This document shows, in pieces, positions 25,038-38,505 of a DNA stretch of 64,000 nt; within the stretch, counting starts at the first letter, position 1, and the number at the start of each line of letters is the position of its first letter. Source of the DNA: Octopus sinensis. Its lineage: Eukaryota. The translations under genes and the position numbers were made by a program. The DNA lies in contig NC_043004.1 in assembly GCF_006345805.1 (NCBI RefSeq), forward strand, positions 76,198,001 to 76,262,000, in the 5' to 3' direction. The notes under the pieces were generated by a model. That model had not been told where the DNA came from, made no database searches, and worked only from the letters and a program-made list of their open reading frames with translations.

Positions 25038-25240
25038 ATGTATCTGTGTGTGTGTTTGTCCCCACCACTATCGCTTGAAAACCAATGCTGGTGTGTTTAC
25101 GTCCCCGTGACTTAGCAGTTCGGCAAAAGAGACCGATAGAATAAGTACTAAGTTTACAAAGAATAAGCACTGGGGTCGATTTGTTCGACTGAAGCCGCTA
25201 CTCCAGCATGGCCACAGTCTAATTACTGAAACACATAAAG
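24804..25240 (+). mobile_element. SINE family A, full length
   Basis: Head, internal (CA)n(TG)n, tail ccagcatggccacagtctaattactgaaac. Confidence 0.9.
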
Positions 25241-25326
25241 GAATACACACACACACTCACACTCACATACACACGCACGCATATATATATCTAAACTAAC
25301 TATGACTTAATTTTTCCTCTCACACC

Positions 25327-25378
25327 GTCTCCGATGAAGGGATATTATTAATTAATATCCTAGAAACAGCTGTAAGAC
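25327..25378 (+). ncRNA. Minimal type-I hammerhead motif (U4C variant)
   Basis: GTCT-CCGATGA-AG-GGATATTA-ttaat-TAATATCC-TA-GAAA-CAGCTG-TA-AGAC. Stem I 4 bp, stem II 8 bp, palindromic stem III, GUA cleavage triplet. Confidence 0.65.
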
Positions 25379-26490
25379 CTTCTATCAATAAATGCTCTAA
25401 TATCTATACAGCCTTGTTTTTTTTATCTTATTACGCAAAAAATTCTTATATACACACGCTGACATAGAACCAACGTTGAACCCTTTATTCGCAATATTAC
25501 CGAATCTGGAACTTAACTACTGTCTGTCTATAGCACTTATTCAGCATTACCTGACACATTTGGGTCTCAATGACACCATTATATCTTATATATATATATC
25601 TTATATATATATATAAATATATATACACACGTAAGAGAACATGTTGTCATGGGAAAACCGATGGTTTGACTGAACTATTATGTAAAATCGGACGAATTTA
25701 GTGAAATTGGTTAAAATTACCCCCTGTGACATTTCCATGTTGCCAATCTCAAAGACATTGTTATGTCATGAAATAAATTGTATTTTATTAGTTAGAGAGT
25801 GTTGGAAATATTAGACAGAAAGACAAAAAAGAAAAACCCTGACATTTTCAGTGGGTGTTAAAGTAAAACGACCGACAACAGTCATTTCATGTTTGTACAT
25901 CCTGCTTGCAGCGCCGATAGACTTGACGGCAGTTCAGTGATAATAGAAACTGCAAAAAATCAAAATATATTATTCTGCAATATTCGGTATGACCTTTTTT
26001 TTCCATATCGTCAACCAGAATTGTCTGAATAACGATATTTAGACGAACGACCGAGAAAGAAAGAAAGAGAGTGGAAGGGAGGGAGAGAAAGTAAAAAAAA
26101 GGCGGGGGTGAGGTGGGATGGGCATGGAGAGAAAGAAAGAGAACAGGAAGTTAGGGTAATAATATTTAAAAATAATTTTTATTATGGATTTGAAATTTGA
26201 TCTCATTGGCATATATATTACGAGGACAATTACCTAACAATATATGTGTGACATACAATGTAAGGCGACGAGCTGGCTAAATCGTTAGCAAATCGAGCAA
26301 AATGTTTAGTGGTATTTCATCCGTCTTTATGTTCTGAGTTCAAATTCGACTTTGCCCTTCATCCTTTCAGAGTTGATAGACTAAATACCATGCCAAAATT
26401 TGAAGCCAACACGTATCACACACATACACACATGTGAGTATATAAGGACAAAACAAGGTGGACAACAAAGAACTCCCATACCAAAGGCAA

Positions 26491-26633
<143 letters not shown>

Positions 26634-27415
26634 TTCAATTACTGTCTACGATGCAGCGTACACTCTAGTGAAATTCCTCTTTTCTTTATTATATATACAT
26701 ACATTCAAACATAGCAGCTAACCATTTGCCGCTATTTGGACCCCGTTGTGTTCACCTCTCTGATTAGTTGGTATTGGCGCAATTTGTCTCTTATTCTGTC
26801 GCGCCAATCTTCAGGATATAACCAGTCGCAACCTCCAAATAGCGTCCAAAGGTTAGCTGTTATCTGCTACGTTCGAATGTATATATATATTATAAAGAGA
26901 GAGAGGAATTTCACTAGAGTGTACGCTACAACCAAATCCACTCGCAAGGCTTTAGTCGGCTCGAGGCTTTAGTAGAAGACACTTGCCCAAGGTGCCACGC
27001 AGTGGGACTGAACCCGGAACCATGTGGTTGGGAAGCACCTCGTCAACTTTGCTTTTCATCCTTTCGGGGTCGATAAATTGAGTACTAGTTGCGTACCAGG
27101 GTCAATTATATCGACTAGCCCCTTCCCCCAAAATTTCGGGCCTTGTGCCTAGAGTAGAAAAGAATATTTCGGACAAGAAATCCAAGGTAGCTGTAAAAAG
27201 CTCCCAAAAGGCTTTTTTTTGTGTTTTTACAATAATAATAACCCTTTCCACTACAGTTACAAGGCCTAAGATTTTGAGTGAGGAGTTGCTAGTCGATTAC
27301 ATCGGCCCAATTGATCGACTGGTACTTATTTTATCGACCCCGAAAGGATTAAAGGCAAAATCGACAGCGGAGAAATGGTGCTTATTATTTTGTCCGACGT
27401 GCTAATGCTACTGCC

Positions 27416-27569
27416 CAGGGACAGACTGAGAGTATTAAGGGCCCTCGGGCATTAGTTTACCGGGCCCCTTAACATTGATATCAGTAGAGTTATCATATAG
27501 AGTGCGGGCCCCTCAGAGCTCTGGGCCCTCGGGCAGTGTCCGATTGACCGACGGCTCAGTCCGTCCCTG
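27416..27569. mobile_element. 154-bp hAT-type MITE inserted in a SINE B
   Basis: 15-bp TIR CAGGGAC(A/G)GACTGAG. Degenerate 8-bp TSD ctactgcc/attctgcc; the latter equals the SINE B consensus. Confidence 0.75.
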
Positions 27570-28122
27570 ATTCTGCCTGTACACCGACTTAATACTATTG
27601 AAATTTACGCAGTTTAATATTTCCACAAATCATAGATATATTCTACATTGATCCAAAAGATGCAATTTTGACTAGTCAAGTTAAATTCCTTCGCCTTGAT
27701 TTTGCTACTGTCCCGAAATATATGGAGAAAAACACAGCAGGCTCCCAGAGTAAATACTATGCAAGTCAATTATCAGTGAGACAAACGGAGAAAATATTAA
27801 CGTTGTAAGAGGAAGGTTTAGACCAGAAAAACATTCGGCTGAACCAGCTATCATTTGTGATAAGGCAAAACTATTTTCGATAAATTAAAGGAGAAAGAAA
27901 GGGGGAAACAAAAGATTTGCATGTAGTTGAGCTGATTTGCAGGGTCTAAGATCGCATTAAAAATCGTACTGTTAAGATAACATGAAATATCTAGTGCAAA
28001 GCCTAAAGCATTTACGAAGAGGGTTAAGCATTGACCGGAGAATTTCAAACCAGTGTATAGAGTGGTGGGTATTCTGAAGATCTTAATTTTAGGATAGATA
28101 AGACGGAGATATATCAGAAGAG

Positions 28123-28370
28123 GACGCAAGACTTAGTGGTTAGGGTGTTACACTTGTGATCAGAAGATCGTGGTTTCAATTCCTGGATCGGGTGGTGTGT
28201 TGTGTTTTTGAGAAAAACACTTCATTTCATGTTGCTTTGCGATCACTTTGATATTTGACGTCCGGTACACCTTACACCTGTCCAGGTAACGTCGATTTGA
28301 TGGAGCTGGTGAGATAATGTACAACACAAACATTTGACCGCTACAATCAAATCATTTGTGCAGGTTATAT
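28123..28370 (+). mobile_element. SINE family C, body type 1
   Basis: Collinear with 6350-6610. Confidence 0.7.
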
Positions 28371-28439
28371 AGTATGAAGTTGCAGAATCGTCTTTCTCAG
28401 ATTACGAGAGATGACCTTCATGTTAGAAGAGAATGCCTT

Positions 28440-29000
28440 CGAGAGTCTTTATTGCCTGTGAATGCACTAACATTTGAAGCTGACAAGGATAGACTAACAC
28501 TCTTACTTAATGGTACTGTTTCGGGAACTCAGCAACAGAAGCCAACATTGGTCTACCACCGTGAGACCCTGTGTGTGCATTGAAATGGTAAAATATATTA
28601 CAAACTGCCTGGTTATTGGAAATCGAACGATTAGGCGTGGAGCCCTACAATAATTGTTCTTGGACTGGTACGCAAGCTAGCTTCGCACTATTGTGTGAAA
28701 ATGCTGCACTAAAAGTGACTTACCATCCAAAACTATTCTTCTCTTTGACAATGTTCCTCGCTACCCACGAAACCCTGACTTCAAGCACAACATCTGTTCT
28801 GCAGCTGATGCACCAAGGCAAAACAAACGTTCCAGTTGTTCTGTCTTTCGAAATGCTTTAAGAAAATGATGAATGTGTTTGACACAAATACTGATATGAC
28901 TGCTAAAGAGTATTGGTAGTCATTCAGCATATAAAAATGGCGTTTATTGGCGTTTTCTCTATAAACTACTTAAATGCAGTTTGGAAAGAAGTTCTATACG
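28440..29000 (+). pseudogene. Tigger/pogo transposase remnant
   Basis: ADKDRLTLLLNGTVSG...KPTLVYHRE, LLFDNVP, TTSVLQLMHQG, LNAVWK across several frames, matching Tigger1-type DDE motifs. Confidence 0.75.
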
Positions 29001-29339
29001 AGTCGATGAAAGATTCTGAAGAATTTTGATCAACCGAAGAGAGTGTCATGCATACAAGAAGTCTCGGAGTTTGCAGGAGAGGGAAAGTTTGAAAAGGTTA
29101 CGGAAGGTGACATATTGAAAATTGATCGTTGATAGAAAAAGAGAAGATTTCTTCTGAAGAAATAGCAGAGTTGGTAGAACTCTTGGACACATAAAGAGAG
29201 AAGGAAGAGAAGACTGAAGACGAATCGCAGTGTGTTGTGAAGATAATAAAAACTGGCGTCGTAAAACGATGCTACAAACACACTGAGGAGTATTAAGCAG
29301 TTACCTTTGTCTGAAAATTGAGTGACTTTATAAAGAGGA

Positions 29340-29612
29340 GTTTAAATGAATCCTTAGTGCAATATGGAATTTATGATAAGACAAATAAACAGCATGAACC
29401 TCACACCTCAACAGCAAAATAGCGACTACGACTACGGTGTCCGAACTATCCGAGCGTTTGCTCTCTCGGCGAGGCATTTGTCGTATTTGCAAGCTGGATT
29501 TTGGGGCTGTAGGCAGAAGCATTACTTTGCCTACTGGCGTCAGATGTGGTCAGCTTTCGTCAGGGACGTGGGGAATTCGTTGGTCGGAGCCAGCTTAAAC
29601 CACCCCAGGTGA
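29340..29612 (-). pseudogene. Possible Penelope-like GIY-YIG C-terminal remnant
   Basis: ACKYDKCLAERA resembles the C..C.LCL.EK motif of Penelope endonucleases. Heavily degraded. Confidence 0.35.
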
Positions 29613-30139
29613 ATACAAATACAAGTACAAATAAAAGACATAGCAATTAAATTGTTATTCCATATTTTACGAAGGCATCTGGCGCCTAGGATGATAGTTA
29701 ACCAGGGCCATCATCACAGAACTAAACTTGAGTCAAGTGTCATTTAGTTGAAAGCGAACAACACAGCAGCTCTATAAATGTCTTATTCACAATATTTATT
29801 TCCAATGAAACTACTTTTAATCAGAACTCCTTGTTTGCATTTCTTCGTTCTTTGAATCAAGTTTTTTCGGTTCTGCTAATCAACAGCAAAATTACAGGTT
29901 TCTGCAAAATTCATCGAAATTCTCTGTTGACTACGTTTAATAGACGTTCTGATAATATTTACACTGAGTTGTTTGTTTGGCTTTCGTTGACACATAATAA
30001 ATAAATTCTCCAGTCGTACTCGTTTGGCAAGTGGCTTTACTCCACATCTTATGTTTTCAATAAAACAGTTAATATCGTCGCAGCCATTAAAACATACATA
30101 CTCTGTTGTATTGCCTTTTACTATACCATTATTAATACT

Positions 30140-30196
<57 letters not shown>

Positions 30197-30253
30197 GTAA
30201 TAATAATGTCATCATCATCATCATTATTATTATCATTGTTAATTGCTTTTAAA

Positions 30254-30690
30254 GGCGGCGAGCTGGCAGATGCATTAGCACGCCGGGCGAAATGCTTAGC
30301 GGTATTTCGTCTGCCGTAACGTTGTGAGTTCAAATTCCGCCGAGGTCGACTTTGCCTTTCATACTTTCAGGGTCGATAAATTAAGTACCAGTTACGCACT
30401 GGGAGTCGATGTAATCGTCTTAGTCCCTTTGTCTGTCCTTGTTTGCCCCCTCTATGTTTAGCCCCTTGTGGGCAATAAAGAAATAAGAATCTTTAGCACG
30501 CCGAGTAAAATGCTTAGCGCTATTTCGTCTGTCACTACGCTCCGAGTTCAAATTCCACTGATGTCGACTTTGCCTCTCATCATTTCGGGGTCAATGAAAT
30601 AAGCATGAACTGAGCACTGATGTCGAGCTAATCGGTTTTCCTCCTTCTCCGAAGCTGCAGGCCTTCTGCCAAAATTTGAAACCTTTATTA
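30254..30690 (+). mobile_element. SINE family B dimer
   Basis: A full monomer, then a monomer restarting at agaa..ttagcacgcc with the type-2 tail (gccaaaatttgaaacc). Confidence 0.8.
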
Positions 30691-31080
30691 TTAGTAGTAG
30701 TAGCAGCACTCTCGAAGATTGTGTCCTTCGATGCACCTGTTTGTTTTAAGAGCTTGTTGTTGTTATTCAACCTCGGGCCGTCTCTGAATCGAGCAGATCC
30801 ATGATGAATGCCACTACATCCATAATACTCGCGTCCTTTACTGCATCTGTTCACTTTGCTATTTCTTGTTTAAGTCAGTAGTATATAATTTGAGGACGAT
30901 TTCGGTGCCATTTCTAGCAAGCTGAGCGCCCGGGTAGAGGATCTCTCGTTCGCTCATGCATAATTTTCGGAGTCTGTATGTTTGGTGTAAATGAAATGGT
31001 TGGTCTTTAGTTAGAACATCTCCAGGAAATAACGTGAGTGGAAAAGGAATTATTTTGGCGAGGAGTTCTTGAAGGAAGTG

Positions 31081-31338
31081 TAAGAGCGTAGCTAGAGGGG
31101 GCTGGAGGGGGAAGGTCTATCCCGGGCGGTACCACTTTTGGGTCTGCTGTAGGCTATGAGCGTGGATAGACTGTATTGAAATCAAATAATAGTGGTTGTA
31201 ATGTTGGGACACAGACACTACACACCGTTAAATGTAACCACCGATATAGTGACTGTGTAATATATATACTTTGTGGGGACCCGGGAGCTGGAAACTGAAG
31301 GGCCATCCCTGGTGGTACATACTCTAGTTACATTATTG
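31081..31338. mobile_element. Putative hAT-like MITE (same family as 13715-14002)
   Basis: Ends gagcgtagctagag and (rc) aatgtaactagagtatgtaccacc. Confidence 0.4.
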
Positions 31339-31370
31339 GGTAGATATTGTCGGAATGTATAGAGGAAAAG

Positions 31371-31470
31371 AGACACTTGTGCCCCAAACCCCCTGTTTGT
31401 CGTATTATTTCACAGACACTTGTGCCCAAAACCCCCTGTTTGTCGTATTATTTCACAGACACTTGTACCC
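31371..31470. repeat. 43-bp tandem repeat, ~2.3 copies
   Basis: Units start at 31371, 31414 and 31457. Confidence 0.9.
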
Positions 31471-31834
31471 TTAAAGCAATCCTCAGTAAGAATTAGTGGC
31501 CAGACAAAGCTGGCTGGTCTTTTGAATTATCTTGAAGGCTATCCAAGAGGCTTCCACACAACCCTCGTCTTCCGTCTACCAAACTCTACTTCAAGGTATT
31601 GGTCGGTTCGAATCTATGTGCAGTGGGTTCAAACCTGGGGTCTCATAATCATAGCCATTCAATTATAAATGCACCCTCCACAAGGTTCAATCCTTGTTAC
31701 GGTAAAGTGACTTGTTTGCGTTAATAGTCCTGAGCGCTATGCCATCAGAGCACATACTCATGATAGAGCCTCCTGTGCTGGACAAGTCAAAGGATAGAGG
31801 CCTGACTAGTAAGGACCACTTCTTCCCAGGAGTA

Positions 31835-32113
31835 AAAATGGGCTTGTGTAGGGCCAACATCTCTATCCAAAAAAAGAAGCAATGTTACAGAAGCATCTAT
31901 GACAATTCAAAACCAACAAAACTTGAGAGAGCAAGGGCCTTCCCTCAGAGATACAAATGACAGGGTGCAACAAAATCTGAAAGGAAGCTGCAAGGAGGCA
32001 GGGGTCCAACTGGAGAGAAGCGGAAAAGACAGCCCAAAATGGGAAGAGCGAAGAAAAGTTGTCTTATGGCCGACGCTCCTTAGAGGTTCTAGGGTTTAAC
32101 TAAGGTAAGTAAA
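31835..32113 (+). pseudogene. RTE-clade LINE 3' remnant
   Basis: KWACVG...SNVT and NWREAEKTAQN motifs, ending in a taaggtaagtaa tail. Confidence 0.5.
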
Positions 32114-32814
32114 CCTGAGCCATACTTGTGAAATGGATACAATATGGGCTTGTTTGTCAAGCGATATAGCCAAAAAAGCATATATGTATATATATATGTA
32201 TATTGAGGTCATCTTCAGCGATACAGACGAATATATCTTCCTCATTAATTATTCAATATGTCAGACACATATATCATCACCTCCGTCGTTCTATATTACA
32301 CAACACAGCCTCGTCTAGCCTTAACTTTCTTTTATGTTCTGCTTTAATTTAAAAGAAGGTGTATACTTCAAGTGCTATCTACTTACTGCCTGTACTTGGT
32401 GAGAGGTGAACGTAGTTGAATGAAATGACAGGCATGCGAAATGGTTGTAACAATGAAAATTCGTGTTGGTAGTCATTGTTGCCATGATATGGGTTTTTTT
32501 TTGAGTGACTTTTTCTTTTGTTTGTTGCTTTCACGTAAACCCATTGGATGCTCCTTGACTCGAAGTGGAAGCCAATAATCTACGTGGTCGGTTTGCTTGC
32601 TAGAAATAGCAACTAAATCTCTCTCTAGCTAGATCTTACAGTCTTAAATACATACATACATACATACATACAGACAGACAGACAGACAGACAGACACATA
32701 GATAGATAGATAACAGACAGACAGATACACAGACAGACAGATAGATAGATGGAAATTTGGCAATGCAAAGAGGGCAAAATAGAACTCAAAACATGAGTAT
32801 ATATTTGGATTAAC

Positions 32815-32899
<85 letters not shown>

Positions 32900-33001
32900 T
32901 TGTACTGCTATTTAACAGAAACAACATAGTGACTCAAGGACCGAGAGTTTCGTGCGTTAGCACTTACCACATAGACAGGCAGACAGGCAGGCAGACAGAC
33001 A

Positions 33002-33077
<76 letters not shown>

Positions 33078-33489
33078 TCAGTCTAACAGCTCCGTCTCCC
33101 AATGGAGACTGTTTGTAAATAAACCAGCGAATCTCTCATTCAATCTCTTCCTAGTTCTCCTAGATACTCTGCGAAAGCCAGATTTTGCCCAAGCGTCTCG
33201 TATCAGAGAGTATAGTTTGTAAATATAAGAGAAAGATCTCGTTAAATCATTTCGCTGAGAAGAAAACCTTACTTTGGCATTTCATGTTACTGGATGTTTA
33301 TGTTCATAATCTCTTAAATCTTATCTGGAATCTCATGGGAGAAATCTCTAAATCTCTGGCAGAAAATATTAGCAGATGAAGAATATTTCTTCCATCATTT
33401 TACGCGTTTCAGTCGGGCTGCGGCCATGTTGGAGCACTGCTTTCAAAGGCTTTAGTCGGACAAATTCGACCCCAGTACTATATACTGAT

Positions 33490-33700
33490 TTTAAATTTTG
33501 GCAAAAAGCCTGCAATTTCGGGAGAGGGGGTAAGTCGGTTACATCGACCCCAGTCTTCAACTCGTACTTATTTTATCGATCCCGAAAGGATGAAGGGCAA
33601 AGTCGACTCGAGCAGAATTTGAACTCAGAATGCATTGATGGGCGAAATGCCACTAAACATTTTGCTTGGCTTGCTAACGATTCTGCCAGATCACCGCCTT
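33490..33700 (-). mobile_element. SINE family B, type-2 tail
   Basis: Family consensus match. Confidence 0.7.
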
Positions 33701-34049
33701 ATCATTCGGGATTTTATATTCAGCATGGTTGGTACTTGTTCTATCAATCTCTATAGCCGAATCACAAAATTACGGGAACATAAATAAACCAACATCGGTT
33801 GTCAGGCGAGAAGATGGGCAAATTCATACACAAAGACACACGCACGCACACGCACACTCACACACACACATGCAAAATAAATATAAATAACGGGGTTGTG
33901 TGGTAAGAAGCTAGCTTCCCAACCACATGGCTCCGGGTTCAGTCCCACAGCGTAGCACCTTCGGCAAGTGTCTTCTACTATAGCCTCAGTCCCACCAAAG
34001 CCTGATGAATGGATTTAGTAAACGGAAACTGAAAGAAGCCTGTTATATA

Positions 34050-34300
34050 TCTATATACATAAATGACAATTTCTGTCTGTTTGTGGCTTTGTGTGTTTTT
34101 GTGAATTTGTTACTTTAACTCCTCCGAGACTATCCAACCGATCTTGATGAAACCTGACACGTGTGTGGGGCCTTATGCTCATGTGGTCACTTGCGCACTT
34201 GGAATTTTTTAAAAATCGATAATTTTTAATCACCATCGATTTTTCAATAATCAATAGGATATTTCAATGCAAATTCTCATACAAATGCTATTTTCTGCCA
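34050..34300 (+). mobile_element. Putative non-autonomous Helitron 5' end
   Basis: TCTATATACATAAAT...tgtctgt...aactcctccgagactatccaaccgatcttgatgaaac start resembles Helitron-type ends. No 3' CTAG assigned. Confidence 0.4.
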
Positions 34301-34899
34301 CAACTTTTAAAGTTTTCTTGAAATTTTACACACAGATGGAATATGCGCTAAGAATGGGTTGAGTCAAATAAATTTTTGCCCAGGTCACTCATGTAAAGTG
34401 TAAGAGGATTTTTGATTATGTGATTAACGAAATTTAGCCTAAATTGTTGTGGTGGTGGGGGGGTTAAAATGCTCATCAATAATTTCAGCATTCTCAGGTT
34501 GCTGTAACATGTATTTTCTTAACACCTGCACTTAAAATTATCGATTCTAAATGTTTCAGCATTGTGTGCTAAAAGATGTAATATGTATTTTCTTAACACC
34601 TGTACTAAAAATTGTCGGTTCTAACCGTTGCAATCGATATTTGATTCTCACTATCAGGGGAATCATACTCATGAAACACAGTCGTCAAATTAAGTGTATG
34701 TGCACTTAAAAATTTTCTATCTGGCTGCAAGAGAATTTGCGCCCAGAAGACGAAAATCGTAATTTTTGTATGCTTTCCCCCCCCTCCTCAGCATCTTACG
34801 ACTCTTGTCGCCACGTTGTCGCCTCTGCACTCCGGTCGTTTCTTATAAGTATAAAATCTCTTTTCTCTAAATAATTTTTTACTCTCTCTTTTACTCGTT

Positions 34900-35015
34900 T
34901 ACTTGTTTCAGTCATTTGACTGTGGCCATGCTGAACTTTTGCTGAACTGCCAAGTTACGGGGACGTAAACATACCAGCATCGGTTGTCAAGCGATGTGTG
35001 TGTGTGGGGGGGGGG

Positions 35016-35050
<35 letters not shown>

Positions 35051-35210
35051 CATACGACGGGCTTCTTTCACTTTTCATTTCACAAATCCACTCACAAGAC
35101 TTTGGTCGGCCCGAGGCCATAGTGGAAGACCCTTGCCCAAGGTGCTACGCAGTGGGACTGAACCCGGAACCATGTGGTTGGTAAGCAAGCTACTTACCAT
35201 ACAGCCACTC
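34900..35210 (-). mobile_element. SINE family A, near full length
   Basis: Head, internal microsatellite and tail all present. Confidence 0.85.
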
Positions 35211-35211
35211 C

Positions 35212-35264
<53 letters not shown>

Positions 35265-35891
35265 TAATAATAATAATAATAAAATAATAATAATCATAAT
35301 AATGGTAATAATAATGACAATGCCTGGTATCGAACTCGGAATCTTGAGCTTTGTAGCCCGCGCTCACACATACACGCACATACACACACACAGAAAAGAC
35401 AGAGAGAAAGAGGATCGCACGTCTTACTGATCTAGATATAAAATAAGTTCAAAGGAGTGTATTAGACCCACAGGAGATGCAAATTGAGTCGATGTGCGTT
35501 TAGCGTTTGTTTTTCGAAAAGCAAATTGATGACGGAATCGCTGTCTTCACACATTAGAATAAACTACGTAAAAAAAAAAAATGTCTTCCTATCACCAGAG
35601 TTACAGCGATTGTGTAGTTTTCCAAGTCTTTACACATAAGCAGAGAACTCTATGAAGTGTGTGTGTGTGTGTGTGTGATATTCAAATAAAAACAATGAAT
35701 ATACTTCAAGCGTATATCGTATATCGTGTTCCAAAGTTGGAGGTCTCGATAGCGGAGACCAAATCTGTTTGTGTAATAACGAAGTTGGATCTACTTCTTT
35801 TGAGCTTGATATGTTTTTAGAAGGATAAGTCACGACGATTTCTTCTTCGACATTTCGCCACGAATGTTATCTTTGTGTTCTGTGAACGCGT

Positions 35892-35934
<43 letters not shown>

Positions 35935-35967
35935 AACCACCCCCTACACACAAACACACACACACAA

Positions 35968-36027
<60 letters not shown>

Positions 36028-36304
36028 ACACACACACACGTGACTACATCTACATGTGTGGTCACCAGTCTAGATCCCCTTAAAGTGGGATCTTTTATCA
36101 TCATTTGCTTGTTTCAGTCATTAGACTGCGGCCATGCTAGAGCACCGTCTGGAAAGAGTTTTAGTCGAACAAATCGACCCCAGAGCAGCCTGGTACTTAT
36201 TCTATCTGTCTCTTTCGCCGAACTGCCAGAGCAGGTGACCTCTGTGATGGTACATGTGTATATATGTATGTATGTACATACCTTTGCCCCTGTATGTATG
36301 TATG

Positions 36305-36337
<33 letters not shown>

Positions 36338-36571
36338 GTGTATGTATGTATGTATGTATGTATGAATGCATTATATCATTCGCTGATGTATGTAAAGGCG
36401 AAGGTTGCAGTGGTAGGCGTGAAACCCGAATTACCGATGCTTTTCTGATGAAATCAATCGTGACATTTACCCTGCACCGACTCATAAGCAATCCTTTCTC
36501 TCTGTCGCCGTTAGAAACCCAATGAAACCGCGATAGTTTCGTTGGCCATCTGTAAACTACGATGCTCAGAC

Positions 36572-36780
36572 ATTTGACTGCGGCCATGCTGAAGCACTAC
36601 CTTTAGTCGAGCAAATCAACCCTAGGACTTATTATTTGTAAGCCTAGTACTTATTCTATCGGTTTTTTTGCCGAACAGCTAAGTTACGGGGACGTAAACA
36701 CACCACTATCGGTTGTCAAGCAATGTTGGGGGTATAAACACAGACACACAAACATATACACACACATACATACATACATG

Positions 36781-36818
<38 letters not shown>

Positions 36819-36924
36819 CATACATATATATATATATGTGTGTATATATATATATATATATGTATACATACATATATATATATGTATACATACATATATA
36901 TATATGTGTATATATATATATATG

Positions 36925-36955
<31 letters not shown>

Positions 36956-37110
36956 ATGATGGGCTTCTTTCAGTTTCCGTCTACCAAGTCCACTCACCAG
37001 GCTTTGGTCGGCCCGAGGCTATAGTAGAAGACACTTGCCCAAGGTGCCACGCAGTGGGACTGAACCCGGAACCATGTGGTCGGTAAGCAAGCTACTTACC
37101 ACACAGCCAA
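36572..37110 (-). mobile_element. SINE family A, full length with ~200-bp internal microsatellite
   Basis: Head, expanded CA/TA/TG tract, tail. Confidence 0.9.
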
Positions 37111-37126
37111 TCCTAAAAAAGCTACA

Positions 37127-37305
37127 TCGTAATTACTCGTGTATAAGACCTACTAGTGTATAACATGCACTCGTGTATAAGTCGCATCCCTGATCTAGAG
37201 TTAAATCACGGTAAGACATTTTTCTTTTCACCTTTTTAGCTTTGCTCCAGTTTTTCATTTGAAATCAAATATAAATTAGTGCGTCTTATACACGAGTAAA
37301 ATTGT
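37127..37305. mobile_element. Pogo/Tigger-like MITE
   Basis: TIR core ttactcgtgtataagac at both ends in inverted orientation. Confidence 0.6.
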
Positions 37306-37804
37306 TAATAGATAAAAGATAAATGAATGATTTGCTTCGCTTGACGGAAGTTTTCACTTGATGTACGTTTAAAAGAAAAAGATATAAATGTCTCATCATC
37401 ATGTTTCTGATATTTCATTACACGCTTTAATAAACATAGAAAAGAAGAAAGGAGAGAAAAGGTGAGAATTTCTAAAGGAATAACTGTGAATATTGTATGC
37501 AGAAAAGAGGGGAAAAGAAAAAAGAAAACAGACAAGTGGGGTCCTCAATTGACGAATGGTTCATCGCTGCATGTCGGAGAGTGCAAGTCTTCGCTTGGTG
37601 GGGACGTGTTTTTTGAAAAGAAAACAACAACAACAATAACAATAACAAATAAACAAGCAAACAGCTCTGTGGGGGTCGCGTTTGTTCAAATATCTACATG
37701 TCATAGGAATAACAAGTCTATTACACAGCAACAACAACTGCAGCAGCAACAACAACAGCAACAATGATGATAATGTAGTTTATATAAACTGGGTTAAAGA
37801 ACAA

Positions 37805-37884
37805 CTAAAAAACGACTACTACTGCTACTACTACTACTGCTGCTGCTGCTGCTACTACTACTACTACTACTACAACAACTACTC

Positions 37885-37917
<33 letters not shown>

Positions 37918-37990
37918 TTACTGCTGCCACCACCACCACTACCACCACTACCACTACCACCACTACCACTACCACCACCACCACCACTAC
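37805..37990. repeat. Mosaic trinucleotide repeat (TAC/TGC/CAC)
   Basis: Directly visible. Confidence 0.95.
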
Positions 37991-38313
37991 TTGTGGATTC
38001 AGAATCTCGTTGCATATGTGTGTTGGGTGTCGTGGTGCGTGTCGTTCGGTGCACCGATGCATATCCAAAGTGTGCAGCAGAGATTTTCAGTCTTCAATCT
38101 GACCAGAAACCACAGCAAACGGATATTTAGGTCACACCTTATCATTCGACCCAATGCTTGTGTGGCATAGGACTGCTGGATCAGACATGACTCAGGGCTA
38201 TAATCAGCAACAACAACAACAACATGACGACGACAACGACGGCAGTAACAGCAGCAGACACAATGGCAGCAGATGTAGCAAAACGAAATTTCATAGAAGC
38301 ATTAGTCAAGTTA

Positions 38314-38505
38314 GTGGAGGCACATGGCCTAGTGGTTAGAGCAGCGGACTCACGGTCGAGGGATCGCGGGTTCGAATCTCAGACCGAGCGATGTGTGTGT
38401 TTATGAGCGAATCACCTAAACTCCACGCGGCTCCGGCAGAAGGTAATGGCGAACTTCTGCTGACTCTTTCACCACAACTTTCTCCCACTCTTTCCTCCTG
38501 CATCT
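38314..38505 (+). mobile_element. SINE family D, 3'-truncated
   Basis: Collinear with 22449-22650. Confidence 0.8.

Noticed and set aside
31371-31470. Direct repeats as a possible CRISPR array (also the SINE B multimers)
   Set aside because: The units are contiguous with no unique spacers, there are no cas genes, and the context is eukaryotic.
37682-38170. Poly-Tyr/His/Ser/Val ORFs
   Set aside because: Products of a mosaic trinucleotide repeat with no splice or domain evidence.
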